Assembly: GCF_002113885.1 (NCBI RefSeq) | Contig: NW_018408864.1 | Coordinates: forward strand, 2,037,412 to 2,101,411 | Source of the DNA: Mizuhopecten yessoensis | Lineage: Eukaryota | Direction: 5' to 3' | Length of the DNA stretch: 64,000 nt | Shown: in pieces, positions 13,951 to 27,985 of the stretch | How positions within the stretch are numbered: the stretch's first letter is position 1 | Layout: each line of letters starts with the position of its first letter | Program-made: the position numbers and the translations under genes | The notes under the pieces: generated by a model | What the model saw: the letters and a program-made list of their open reading frames with translations, nothing else | The model's database searches: none | What the model was told of the DNA's origin: nothing

Positions 13951-16819
13951 ATAATGTATCATCAGCGTACAAATGTATATATGCAAACTACATTAATTGA
14001 CACTAAGTGGTATGTCATTGACATACATGATGCACATCAGAAGACCAGGTTTCCTGGGGTATACTTACTGTAAGCTGTGTCTCGCTTAAACCTGGTTTTA
14101 ATTTTACAACCAAAAATCTGAAAAGGCACAAACAAAACTGAAGAGAAACTGGAAGCACATTAATTAGTTTACTTGTCAAAACGAAACAAGTCCAGATTTA
14201 TTTTGAAAGCAGTACACTGTAACTTTAAGCCCTGAATTGCCTTCATTTGTCAGTTATTGATAAAAGCCTGTCCAGTTTGCATCAACATTGCCTATGAATA
14301 TCATCTGAAAGTAATATGATTATAGGTTTCACTGTACCCGGACCAGATCAATGCTTAAATGTATAATAGTGATCTTATCCAAACAAGGTAAACACTTAAA
14401 ATAGAAAGTGTATTTAAAAATAAAGATATATCTTTTCACTCCGGATACGACCAGTCACTGCGATGCCTATTCTTTTCCTTTTACCAGGGCGACACAATTC
14501 TGCTCAAGAGTCAAATAAACAATTACAGGCAAAGTCTCTGAACAATATATTTACGTTGGCCAGTGCTATACATAAAACTGACGTTTATTCAATGCGTAGA
14601 ACTACAAACTGCAAAAAAATAATATCTGCTGAAGCAATGACATCAAATGTTACTATTTATTATCAGAATTAACGAGAGAAATGGGAAGTTCCATCTGTTT
14701 GAAGCTTCTTTAAAAGTTTAGTTAAAACGAATATATTTCTCATGAGCAAGACAGGGACATTATTTGAATATTTTCCAACGAATAAATTAAACGTCAAAAT
14801 AACAACGGACATTTATATTTTTATTGTAAAGATATATATTCAGTGGAGGGTAAATGTATTTTTTCGTTAGTATCGATTTGAGTAATTTGTTATGATTGAT
14901 TAAATAATTTACCATAGAACAACCGATTTTAGCCTTCAAATCGAAACAGTACCCCAGGAAATGCAAATTTGTGGCAAAGTTTTCAGTTCACATATTTTAT
15001 TTATCATTTTATTTGTAAATGTGTTTATCAAACCATTACTGCAATGAGAGGGGCAGATCAGCCCTTAGTGTTACCAATAAGACTCAATATTTTCATTCAT
15101 TGAGACAAAATAGCTCGGAAGTCGTAGTCGTTCGTAACTATGCAACGTCAGAACATGTTGGCTGGCTTATTGAAATCTAGCGTAATCTGTGTATGTATAT
15201 AACAGTTATTATAAATCAGTTTTGTGGACATGTTTCGCTTGACACGTTTTGTTTGTAATGTAGCGGAACTGGACTGGACCGATCGTTGGAAGCAGAAGAC
15301 TCTTACCCTTCTGGAACACATGCTCTTATTATCATTGTACAATGAACTTCCCCAGGGGTCTACAAACAACACTTTCTTTGATTACATTCTGCCCTGGTTC
15401 GATAGATTTCGAGTTCGAACAACGGTCTTGTGCACACTGCGATAGTACGTATTCTTTCTTAAACAAGGACAATGGACAGGAGATGTACAATGGTAACTAG
15501 AGTACTTTTTCTCCAAAATATTATACAACATACAAACAAAATCCTCTCTGATTTTCGCTGGCGCCGATTGTGCCTCCGCCTTCCCTCCTTAAAAAATATC
15601 AAACTATTAATATTAAAATTGGACTGTATCAAGTGTGACCCCATCACGATGTCTCCCGTCAAAATATGCAATGGGATTTTTTGAAACGTTTACAAAATGT
15701 TATACATGAAACTACACATGCAACATGCAGTAATATCTCACCCGTCGAGTCATCAGTGATTTTTTTCACTAGTTCTTCACTGTTTTATTGCTCCGATCGG
15801 GATCCCTTCTTAATCGTATTCTTTTGATTTAGGTTGGTCATGATCAACTTTCTTCACGCCTAGTGTATGCATTTTGTTGTTATTTAAATCGACTTTTTAG
15901 TCCAGTTTGGTCGTTTGTGTATTGACGATTGTTGATGTTTCACTCCTCTTGTTTATTTCTGAACGGTATAATTTGAAAACAAAATATTTCACCTGCAACT
16001 TCAAATTGGGTTCACCATTGTGGTCTTACTACTGAGACTTGTAAAAACACAATTGGAAACGATAAATGCCATTGTCATTGTACGTTAAGTATGTAGCCAC
16101 ATGTATTGATGTGTTTTCTTTCTTCAGAACGACATTTACTGCAATCCGGATAAAAGATTGCATACCGTTCCATCTTTTAGTTTAAAATTTTGTTTTCCGG
16201 TTTCGTTTCGTTGTTTACCGTCCTGCTTTCAGTTCCACACTTTGACCAGGGACTTCTACTCCACAGGTTTACAAGATTTAAACTGCAAACGCTTGCGTGC
16301 ATGAAGCAATTGTTTTAGTGATATTCTATGACAAGGGTTTAGTTTGTTTTTATAAGGGAGTAAAGACAGGTCCTGCACAACGCAACTATTAATATTGTCA
16401 TTATTGATCTTGTTACTACTTGTTTGACCTTCAACTGCCAGGTACGTTATTGGATAGGGGCGCATATAAGATCACTATTGATAGTAGTTGCGTGACCCTG
16501 TGGGTCCTGTTAATGAGTTATATCCACTGGCAGGTGCTTGGTACATAAACATAAATATAAATCCTTGGACACACATATTATATATAAGGAAGTTGTAGTA
16601 TTAAACATTTAAAAAATGATTACGCTTCTCAATTACATCCTGCTACAAGGAACTTACTTCCTTTTAGCACCATTGTAAGAACGGCCGACTGGATAGCTGG
16701 GAGGGTGCGGTAGGGGCTGATTTGATTGCTGTTGGAAACACTTCTTATTTCCTGTTTAATTATTATTAAATATTTAATTGATTTACATAATCTCAAATGA
16801 GAACAAAATACTGATGCAA

Positions 16820-17728
16820 TTTAGCTCACCTGCCCGAAGGGCAAGTGAGCTTATGCCATGGCGCATCCACCGTCATCCGTCCATCCATCAACTTCTCCTT
16901 TAAAACGATACTAGTCCTGAATGGCGAAGTGGTTTTTAATTCAATTTGGTTTGGATCATCTTTGGGCCAAGGGCAGTCAAGTTTTTATAAACGTGGGTGT
17001 TGTCCCCCTGGGGGCAGAGGGTTGGGGCTAATAGGGGAAATAGAGGTTAACATTTAAAATCCTTTTTCTACCATAAGGATTAAGGGATTTCATCCCAATT
17101 TGGTCTGGACCATCCTTATTTTAAAGGGCACTCTCATTTCTATAAACGGTGGGAATGGCCCCTAGGGGCAGAGGAGAGAGGCCCAATAGGGATAATAGAG
17201 GTAAAACTTTTAAATCGTTTTTCTACTGTAAAGGATAAAGGGATTTTATCCTAATTTTGTCTATCAAGTTATCTAGAAGTGCCTGTTACTATTAGGATGT
17301 GTTCATTCAAACAACATGGTCACCCGGACGCCATCTTGGATTTTGACATTTGAAGTACTGGATGGATCTTCTTGAAATTTCATTTAAGGAATGACATTTA
17401 TTTTTTCAACATTCATGAGGTCATAACAACATTAGCTTTCTGGATATATTCCATGAATCGTGTTAGTGAATTTATTAACATTTTTTAAGTGCTTTGAATT
17501 CTCCAATCGTCTACCGGTCGCCAACTACCCCCTGTACTTCGTCATTGTAGTATATCAATACGCAGTGATGAGGTTATAGGTGTTATGCAAAAAATGAAAT
17601 TCATTTTGGTCAATGGGTCAAAGCATACAGAATGTAAGTATATGTACATACAGTAACTACCATTGAGTGCTATATCTCATATCAAGTACTTTAAACATAT
17701 ACAGGTGAGCGATACAGGGCATCTTGTT
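16820..17728 (+). mobile_element. HINE-like element (unit 2 copy)
   Basis: ttagctcacctg ... caggtgagcga inverted subtermini and a GTCC tract. Confidence 0.65.
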
Positions 17729-18208
17729 GTATAGATAATTCCATTTGGAGCCTAGTAACCTGATGAGTCCAGGAGTACAAGACAAAGCACTGGCAACTCT
17801 GACTAACAGTTTGGCTTTTGTACGGGTCACACAGGAAATATTTTATTAATTCTACCACATCACAGTCTCATTTCAATTTTTTCCTTAGAGAATCTTTCTA
17901 ACAAGACAAACATAAAATCAAAAGCAAACTTCATACATTCTTTATAAGGAAAAGGGAGGAAAGATTGAGTAATATCGTTTAGAATGTAGTTAATTTTTGA
18001 CAACTGTTATAAAGAAGGTGGTTAGTGTTTCAGTATACCACACAGTTAACGTTTAGTGTTGTTGGCATTTTAAAGCCTGACAAATCTGCCCTTCTTGATT
18101 ACTAATTCATAATTGATCCAACCTTTTTGTTTTGTTTGAAATAGGTAACCTATTTCTAAAGGAAGAGTCTTCTACAGCAGTGAGCCAGGTACAACAGGTT
18201 TGAAAAAC

Positions 18209-21200
18209 ATGGCATCCAACTGGCAGGGAGATTACTCGGCTCTTCAATGTAAGTGTCTGTAAATTAGACCAGATTGACCAAAAACTTATACTTGATGGTA
18301 ATTAATGATGGATCAGCCGATATAAATAAATCATTCTAAATCATAAAATGATTTACCAATATAAGAGATTTATCACATTTATTATAGGGTGACAGTGCCC
18401 TGAGTCAACCTGAGAATATCCCTCACAGCAAATGGAAGCATGAAAAAACTTTTAAAATGCATTTGTGACATCATTATGTACTTTAGGCAATTTGCCAATT
18501 AGTCCATCAAGATGTCCCCACCTGTTCCTTATGTTTAATTACCTGGTTAGAAACTAAGTATCACAAAGTAAGGTAAAATGAGAAGTTATCTCTTAAAATA
18601 TAATGAATATAATCCTGATTGACAGTAGGGAACATTTTATTATTTTATCTTTTTCGCCAGTTCCTCAAATTCTGGTCAACTTCAGTAAAAGTATATCATA
18701 GACTATTAGTCATGTTACGACACCCTTGATACGAAAATATTCCAACTTCTTTTCATCTTTATTCGGCATTATATATTTATGTAACATTCATAAATCAGCC
18801 TAATTTCTGTAATAAAGACTCGCCATCTTAACGTTAAGATTCATTTAAATGACTGGTGTGTTATATTGACACTTCTTTATAGAAAATGTATATTAATTTC
18901 ACTGAATATTACCTGTTGTTGGTTTTTAATGACAGTTGCTATTGTGGAAGACAAAACGGATTATGGAAAGTTCAAGATAGAGAGGAAAGACCTTGGTGAT
19001 TTTACAAAACTGGCTTTTAGCGTCACTTTTGATGAGGCACAAAGGTGAGTCTGTCCTCTGTCCTGTCTTTGACCTTTTGTCTAGCATGTTTAATTTCCTG
19101 ACTTTTTATCTAACATACTTTACCTTCATTTACCTGAATGATAAAACTTCGCCTCATCAGATGGCTATGATGGTGGAATGTTGATGTAGCATTTCATCTA
19201 TGCTCTCTCATCCATCCTTAAACATTTATTATTGTCACGTTTTCTCAGGGAAATACTGGACATTTTTTTCTTATTTTTCTTCTTCTATGTAATGCAGGTT
19301 TCCCTGTGTCTATGTTTTTATTTTGAGACTGATCTGAAGAACAATATAGTTGCCAAGCAGCCATGATAGATTTAGATTTTGACTGATGAAGATTGTTATC
19401 GCTATTTCTCTGGAAGTACTTATCAGGCCTGTGTCAAATTTTATTTCGTATGGATACACAGTGATAATTGCTTCAACAATTTATGAAATGTAGGTCACTG
19501 TGACCAATATTTACACTTCAGTAACTTTGGATTTAGCATCATTTCTTGGTGTGACTTAGAATTTACTCTATTTCCATCAAATGAGGTGATGCATGTTTTA
19601 AAAACGTTTTCCATTTAGAATAATCTTTGATTTAAATTAAATTAAAATTGACCCGGAGGTTTACTTACAGAAATGATAACAATGATCACAGATTTCTGTT
19701 AAAACAGCACAGATTAAAGAGTATCACAGACAGGGCATACATTTAACAAGATAAAGGACTGTGTTGTATACACAATGATAAAAAATGTTATTTAAAACAT
19801 TCAGCTTTTAGCTAGAAGAGACTTAAAAGATTGCAGGGTACATTAAAAATTGCAGTCAAGTTCGTGATCGTTTTTGTTAAAAGTTTTCCCAGCAAGATAA
19901 AAATTACTTAAGTTTCCTACATTAATTTCACCCTTTGGACAATAAAACTGTAAAAGCATACAGGACTGAACTAGTTTAATATTTTTGCTTTATTTTCTAC
20001 TTGTATGTTTTGGTATTTATTTTTATCATGAGTTTCGTAGATATTGTTTCTGTCCTCTTTTATCTTATTTTATTTCCTTTTCTCATTATTTTTTACAGCG
20101 AGCTGCGAGTTCGGACAAGGAAGGATAATGACTTGTATGGATTTAATTACGTCATTAAAGGATTAATTAAAACTTCAAACCTTGAAGGGGGACTAAAGGT
20201 GAGTCATTAATCTTTTTATCTCATTCCTGTTTTGGGGAGTAATATATTCCAATAGTACTCCAATAGATTCTTAATCTCAAACCTTGGGTACTCACGGTGA
20301 TACTAAACTTTCTTGAGCTCCAAGTTATCTGGGATATTCAATATGGCCAAATTAGTTCTTCTTGTATGGCGGAACTGCAACTGGAAATAAGTTTTTTGTA
20401 TGGAGTTTCAGGGTGATACAATTTCTCCTCAATAACCAAACGGCTCAGGAAACTGATATTGGGCCTGTAGCATGCTGGATTGAAAGGCTACCAAGTTTGT
20501 TTAAATGAATGACCTTGACCTTCTTTCAGGGTCACAGGGGTCAAATATGTTAAAAACCTGTAATACAACGTCTTCTGAATAACCAAAATGCATAGGATGA
20601 TGATGATATTTGGCCAGTGGCATGCTGGAATAAAGGACTACCGAGTTTGTCCAAAGCGAAAAACCATTTAACAACTTCTTCTGGATAACCAAGAGGTATA
20701 AGGTGATGATATTTTGCCAGTAACATGCTCGGTAAAGGACTACCAACTTTGTTCAAATGAATGACCTTGACATATATTCAAGGTCACAGGGGTCAAATAT
20801 GTTAAAAAACTTTAAAAGACTTTTTCTTAATAAGCAAAAGGCCAATGGTGATGATATTTAGCCATTAACATGCTGGGATGATGCACTACCAAGTGAATGA
20901 CCTTCGCCCATATTCAAGGTCACAGTGGTCAAGATATGTTAAAACTTTAAATGATTTGTTCTGTATAACCAAAATGTCCAGGGTAATGATATTTTGCCAG
21001 AAGCATGCTGGGTTGGAAGACTATAAACTCTGTTCAACCTAATGACCTTGTTCGACATTCAAGGTCACAGGCGTCATATGCTTAAATATTTTAACACTGA
21101 AATCTGCCTGTAGCTGTATTTTAGTCCACTTTAAAGATTACAAGTGTGATATTTATACCAGGTGAGCAATGCAGGCCCATTGGGTCTATTGTTCCCTGTT

Positions 21201-21312
21201 TAATATGATAACTTCATTCAGATGCTATGTTTTCTTTGGTTTACAGAAGGAGAAGAAGCAGGCATTCCTGCGGATAGAAAAGGATTTGAAAGATGGAAAC
21301 TTTAAACTTTAG
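18209..21312 (+). CDS. Spliced gene, tandem copy 2: 104-aa paralog
   Basis: Exons 18209-18248, 18936-19044, 20099-20198, 21247-21312, with the same splice sites and phases as copy 1. Three amino-acid differences from copy 1 (K>T, I>V, N>K) and 4 synonymous codon changes. Confidence 0.85.
20421..21193 (+). mobile_element. 5'-deleted HINE-like element in intron 3 of copy 2
   Basis: Same element as 9451-10343, with a deletion removing its left end and the adjacent intron. Confidence 0.75.
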
Positions 21313-24300
21313 TGAAAAATAAAACACATCATCATCAATGCCTTTAGAATGGTTCAGTACAGCATTTATTGTAGTCAGGATTTCAGAGAGGATCAAAGAC
21401 AGTTTTTACTTTAAGAGACAATCCTGGAATATTCTAACACAGCATTTAGTTTATAGTTCACATTTATAAACTGTACATTATACATAATAACGATGTGATT
21501 TCTTGTTGCTAGACATTAACACTGGGTTACCTCCCCTCGTTGGATAACATATATGAACATAATTATAGACATCAACATAGGATTACATTGTCTCGTTTAA
21601 TAATACCATGCAGGTATAATATTGGATTATCTCCTCTTGTTGGATAATGTTTTAAGTTGATAATGAGACTTTTAGGAAAATCGTACTGTTTATTGAATTC
21701 ATTTCAGTGTCTTAATTGGGTAACAACAGACTGAATTGTTTGTTATAGCCCAATAGTATGTGTTGCAATGCTAGTCTTTACATCATGATGACCAGAAGAA
21801 GAGAGCAGTTACAAATTATACTGCAAAAGTCACAAGGACTAATTTTATCATATACATAAACACCGGGTCATCTCCCCTCATTAGATACTACTATATAGGC
21901 ATTAACACTGGATTAAATTAATTAAGGATATGTCTTGTATAAAAAAAAAATGATAATGAGACTTAAACAAAAATCAGTTTATTTGAGTCATTTCTTTGGA
22001 AAGAAAGAGCATGTACAAATTATGCTGCAAAACACACTATTAGTGCTAAGAGTATTAAGTAAACCTGAATTAAAGTTGTATTTACCTTGAAACAAAATGA
22101 ACCTTTATTTTTTTATCAATAAACTTTTATCTTCATTCCTGTATACTTGTATGTGATGTCTTGTCTACAATGAGTTATGGCCATGAAACAGTGCTAGAAA
22201 TATAGATCGATTTTTTTTTTTGAAATAATTACTTCTTTTGGATATATTTGATGTTCAGCATGGTTGTTTTTCTGTGAAATCTAGACCAAAACATTATAGG
22301 TAAAATGATGTACATGTACTGAAATGACTTTTAGTTTAGAAAGTTTACAGTGCATTATTAAAAGATCAAATGTTTTGGTTTTAGTGTGTTCTTAGATGAT
22401 GAAAACATTGCTTTACTCTAACTTAATTTCCAAAATGTTATTTCACCATTCTTCTTCCATATATAGTTTATCTTTTGAATTAGAAAACTTTCTAGCTACG
22501 ATGGTTGAAAAAAACTCGGCAAATTTATAACATTTGTGGATTTATGTGTTTTCTCGTACACGAAAATTCCTTGTTTTTAATACAGATAAATAGTTTTACG
22601 TCCGATAGTAGTTTGTAAGACTGCTGACTAGCTACGATATTGCATTAAAATGAAACAATGAAATTGTTCCAGAAGCAGAACTAAAATAAGTTTGTGGCAG
22701 AATTTAATACCTATGCCTGTATTGATATTGTAGTAGAGTTTTAATGTGGTCAGCCAAGCAGAGATGACATATAGAAACACTTGGTTTATATTGACGGAAT
22801 CCTTCGATTTTCAAACAAAACTACACATCAATAACCGCTCAAATTCAATCTCAATCAAAATTAGAAAATTTCATGCACATCAATAACCGGTAAATTCAAT
22901 CTCAATCAAAATTAGAAAATCAACATCAGCTTCTACTACTGTTATCGATCCTGGTCGTAGATGATATAATGTCTTTGTTGTGTACTGTTACTGCTGAAAT
23001 GTTCATGGTTATATTTGTTTAATGTTACTCTATATCAAACATTACATTCATGTAAGTATATTATTTTCTTCTTCTAAACTTTACTGTACTGTTGTATAGA
23101 CAGAAATCACTTCCATTTACAATTTCTTTTATTGGGATGAATGTCATTCACATATTTTTTTTAATTTACATTAATATTTTGTACTTAATTTAAGTAAGGG
23201 ATCATTTAATTCCTTGTGTTTTAAAGTTGTCAGGTTTTGTATGGATATAAAAGACCTTATTTGGTATTGCAATGTCTGCTAGCCAACAGAAAATGTTGTT
23301 TGAAGTCTTTGTTGAAAATCATGTAGATTTATACTTTATATACTTATATCTGAAATATTGTTTTTTTCATAATTCACTTTAGGTTTGGCAACAACACTCT
23401 TTATTCAATGTATTTTGTTTTAGTTTTTATTTGGTGTGATATTTGTAGTGTAGTTTGTGGTTTGTGTATTGCATTTGTTAGAGGATGTTATGCAGATATA
23501 GTTAATAAAAATTTGAATAAGACTTCCACATTTTTGTTTACACCTTCCAGGCTGGACATCTTTGAAACATGCTAATATTTTCATTGCGACTATGATATCA
23601 ATCTTACAACGTACCTGACGTACTCATATTAATAAGCGGGGGATGGTGGGGGGGGGGGGGNCATACAGATCCCAAATCCGTTCCCAAACTTAACCATTTG
23701 TTAATATTGCGACAAAAAAAACTAAGGAAGTTTTCATAACTCAAGCAGTGCTTACCAATGAGAATTAAGGTGAAAAATCTTCTTCAGTTCGTAAATCTGT
23801 GGCTTCACCTGGTAAGTAATACTGTGACTATACCAAGGTATATGACAAGGTGAGTTGACATGCTCCTGTGTCTATATTGTAGCAAGTTATTGAGACTAAA
23901 GAAGATATGTTGATAAGAGGCGTTACTCCTCCTCTTATAATGTCTCCCATGATACGTGTCGACTGCTGACGGACTTACTTAAAACAGGGTTTTCAGGGAT
24001 GGTTAAGGACAATGTCAATACCTTTTCTTTTATAACCCTACAACATTTTTGGAATACTGCCAGAGTTGGGGCCCTTGATTAAATATCCTTACAAAAAGTG
24101 TCCTCATGCAAGAGGGCTGTCATTCATTCATCCTGTCATTCAGTCGTTTAATTATTCATTCAATTGTTTACTTATTCTTTCATTGATTTCTTTTCATAAC
24201 ATCCTTCCTTTTACATTTATTCCTTGTTTACATTCATTCGTACATTTATTATTTCCATTAATTATCTCTTTGTTTACACTCATTCACTCATTTCATCTAT

Positions 24301-24734
24301 GTATTCATACATTTTGAAGTTTTCTCCTTCATAATATATATATGATATAATAATATATATAATATAATAATAGTAATACTGTGACTATATATACTAAGGT
24401 ATATGACAAATATTACTATATGTCTTCTATGATACGTGTCGACTGCTGACGGACTTATTTAAAACAGGGCTTTTAAATAGTCATATAATATAATATATAG
24501 AGATACTATATAATACTTAGTAAATGTACTGAAGCATGACACATATGAGGCAGGAAGGAGGGGAACCCCCTGATTCGCCAACTAGACACCGGATATATCA
24601 CAAATGAGCATTCGAGGAGAGCAAACATTTCAAACTAATAAGGGGAGAGGACTTTTATTTAAAAAAAACAACATCTAAGTAATATTTAAAATAATAATGA
24701 ATTAAGGTCGTTATTATTAAACATTGTTCGAATT

Positions 24735-25310
24735 GACCCCATTTATTTTGGAAGGATAATAGAAATTTACTTTTCATCGCAATAAACTTCTCTACTTTCA
24801 TTGTATGTGAAAAATAATCTTACACATTTCAAAATTTGGAATGTAGTCTTTAATGCGGCTACAGTATATGTGATGTTTTATTATTACCAGAAAATGGTGT
24901 AATAATAGTCCAATCTTTGAATTTCCAAAAAGAATATCTATATCTTTAAAATCAATATAGGGCTGTCTATCATCATGCTCAGTATACCAAACATTAAAAT
25001 CATCCAATAATCTCTGTACATAATAGCATTGAGTAAAAATTGGTTCCAATGTTTCTGTTTCTCTGTTACAGAGTGTACATAATTGATTTGTTGTTAATTT
25101 CATTTTTACTTACTCTTTATTAGTTGGTAGAATCCTATGATTGATTTTGTATTGGAAAGTCTGTAATTTTGTTTCCATTTTACGGTTAAATGCATTCATA
25201 TAAATATCTTGCCAGTTGAAATCCTCATCCATCTCAAAAACTGATTTCCATTTTTCTTGGCTATGTTTGGGCATTATTATGACATTTGCAACAAACTATC
25301 TATAGATAAT
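24735..25310 (-). mobile_element. L1/Tx1-type LINE ORF2 remnant (unit 3 copy)
   Basis: ORF 24798-25103 is homologous to the other two copies. Confidence 0.85.
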
Positions 25311-27127
25311 AATGTTTCATCAGCGTACAAATGTATATATGCAAACTACATTAATTGACACTAAGTGGTATGTCATTGACATACATGATGCACATCAGAA
25401 GACCAGGTTTCCTGGGGTATACTTACTGTAAGCTGTTTCTCGCTCAAACTTGGTTTTAATTTTACAACCAAAAATCTGAAAAGGCAAAAACAAAACTGAA
25501 GAGAAACTGGAAGCACATTAATGAGTTTACTTGTCAAACCGAAACAAGTCCAGATTTATTTTGAAAGCAGTACATTGTAACTTTAAGCCCTGAATTGCCT
25601 TCATTTGTCATTTATTGATAAAAGCCTTCCAGTTTGCATTCACATTGCCTATGAATATCATCTGAAAGTAATATGATCATAGGTTTCACTGTAGCCGGAC
25701 CAGATCAATGCTTAAATGTATACTTGTGATCTTATACAAACAAGGTAAAAACTAAAAATAGAAAGTGTATTTTAAAATAAAAAAAAACATAAAAACTTTT
25801 TACTCCGGATACGACCGGTCACTGCGATGCCTATTCTTTTCCTTTTACCAGGGCGACACAATTCTGCTCAAGAGTCAAATAAACAATTACAGGCAAAGTC
25901 TCTGAACAATATATTTACGTTGGCCAGTGCTATACATAAAACTGACTTTTATTCAATGCGTAGAACTACAAACTGCAAAAAGTAATATCTGCTGAAGCAA
26001 TGACATCAAATGCTATTATTTGTTATCAGAATGAACGAGAGAAATGGGAAGTTCCATCTGTTTGAAGCTTCTTTAGAAGTTTAATTTAAACGAATATATT
26101 TCTCATGAGCAAGACAGGGACATAGCGTAGAATTATTTGAATATTTTCCAACGAATAAATTAAACGTAAAAATAACAACGGACATCTATATTTTTATTGT
26201 AAAGATATATATTCAGTGGAGGGTGAATGTATTTTTTCGTTCGTATCGATTTGAGTAATTTGTTATGATTGATTAAATAAATTACCATAGAACAACCGAT
26301 TTTAGCCTTCAAATCGAAACAGTACCCCAGGAAATTTTCAGTTCACATATTTTAATTATCATTTTATTAGTAAATGTGTGTGTCAAACCATTACTGCAAT
26401 GAGAGGGGCAGATCAGCCCTTAGTGTTACCAATAATACTCAATATTTTCATTCATTGAGACGAAATAGCTCGGAAGTCGTAGTCGTTCGTAACTATGCAA
26501 CATCAGAACATGTTGGCTGGCTTATCGAAATCTAGCGTAATCTGTGTATGTATATAACAGTTATTATAAATCAGTTGTTTCGCTTGACACGTTTTGTTTG
26601 TAATGTAGCGGAACTGGACTGGACCGATCGTCGGAAGCAGAAGACGCTTACCCTTCCGGAACACATGTTCTTATTATCATTGTACAATGAACTTCCCCAG
26701 GGGTCTACAAACAACACTTTCTTTGATTATATTCTGCCCTGATTCGATAGATTTCGAGTTCGAAAAACGGTCTTGTGCACACTGCGATAGTACGTATTCT
26801 TTCTTAAACAAGGACAATGGACAGGAGATGTACAATGGTAACTAGAGTACTTTTTTTCCAAAATATTATACAACATACAAACAAATTCCTTTTCTCTGAT
26901 TTTCGCTGGCGCATATTGTGCCTCCGCCTTCCCTCCTTAAATAATATTAAACTATTAATATTAAAATTGGACTGTATCAAGTGTGACCCCATCACGATGT
27001 CTCCCGTCAAAACATGCAATGGGATTTTTTGAAACGTTTACAAAATGTAATACATGACGATTGTTGATGTTTCAATACTCCTGTTTATTTCTGAACGGTA
27101 TTATGTCTTAAAATACGGTTCTTTTAA

Positions 27128-27650
27128 GGGGCTGGGAAATAAATGGGTCTAAATGCGTTCTCTGGCCTTCCAAAAGTTATACCACACGGCAATATGATGG
27201 TCGAGTTCTGCTTGCAGTGTCCAGTTTTGACAACTGAAATTTCGTGGAAGCCCCGCGTAAATTTAGCGCAGATCTATTTATATATGTCACGTGGTTGTTT
27301 CGAAGGTAAGGCAGTGAAGATAACAAGAATAGCACGCCGTCATGTACCATGTCTGACTCAACTAGCGGACAAGACAGCAATACTATACGTAAATAATTGT
27401 TTTCAAAGGTCATGTATGATGCAAGTGTAGTATTCCTACCTATATGTTGTTGTTATTTATAACGGTATTGATACCTCGTGCCTGTCATGACTTTTGCATG
27501 CATCTTTTTCTTTCGCCGCGATGTTTACATTTGACCTTGTTGATGACGTGAATTTCAGCAAAATTTGTATCGGTATATTTCATAAGAGGGTATTTTAAAC
27601 ATGTGTATGCCATTTTAGCAAATATGACATTTTTTCCCCGACCAGCCCCT
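27128..27650. mobile_element. TTAA-flanked MITE (Kolobok-like non-autonomous DNA transposon)
   Basis: TTAA-GGGGCTGG ... CCAGCCCCT-TTAA termini; absent from units 1 and 2. Confidence 0.65.
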
Positions 27651-27853
27651 TTAAAGACAAAATAGTTCACATGCAGCTTCAATCTGATTAAAATCATATG
27701 TTACATGGCTTCGTTTACTTCGTACTACGCCTGGACATCTGATTGTGCTGCGGTCAGGGTCACGTTCAGGTGACCTTTATATTTATAGATACTCATTAAA
27801 TGTTGACCAATCAGAGACCCTCTTTCAAAAGGGCGCTCGGAGTTGTAACAAAT

Positions 27854-27985
27854 ATGGCGAACACTGATGAGAATGATGCGAAAGTTCTGAAGTTATTTGA
27901 GATTGATCGTCTGAAACCCGAACAGAAAAAGATATTCGAAGCTTTATTAGAGAAGAAAGACTGTATGGCGGTGTTGCCTACGTAA
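27854..27985 (+). pseudogene. RecQ-like (SF2) helicase N-terminal fragment within an insertion, probably transposon-derived
   Basis: MANTDENDAKVLKLFEIDRLKPEQKKIFEALLEKKDCMAVLPT matches RecQ motif 0 leading into motif I (LPTGxGKS), then breaks off. A CCAAT box lies at ~27807. The enclosing insertion (~27685-28137) is absent from units 1/2. Confidence 0.7.

Larger units (their letters stand above)
12695..23660 (+). repeat. Tandem segmental duplication unit 2
   Basis: Roughly 95% identical to unit 1 by eye, with private indels (e.g. it keeps 22322-22580, absent from unit 1, and lacks the 5' part of the intron-3 HINE); ends in a poly-G run. Confidence 0.9.
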
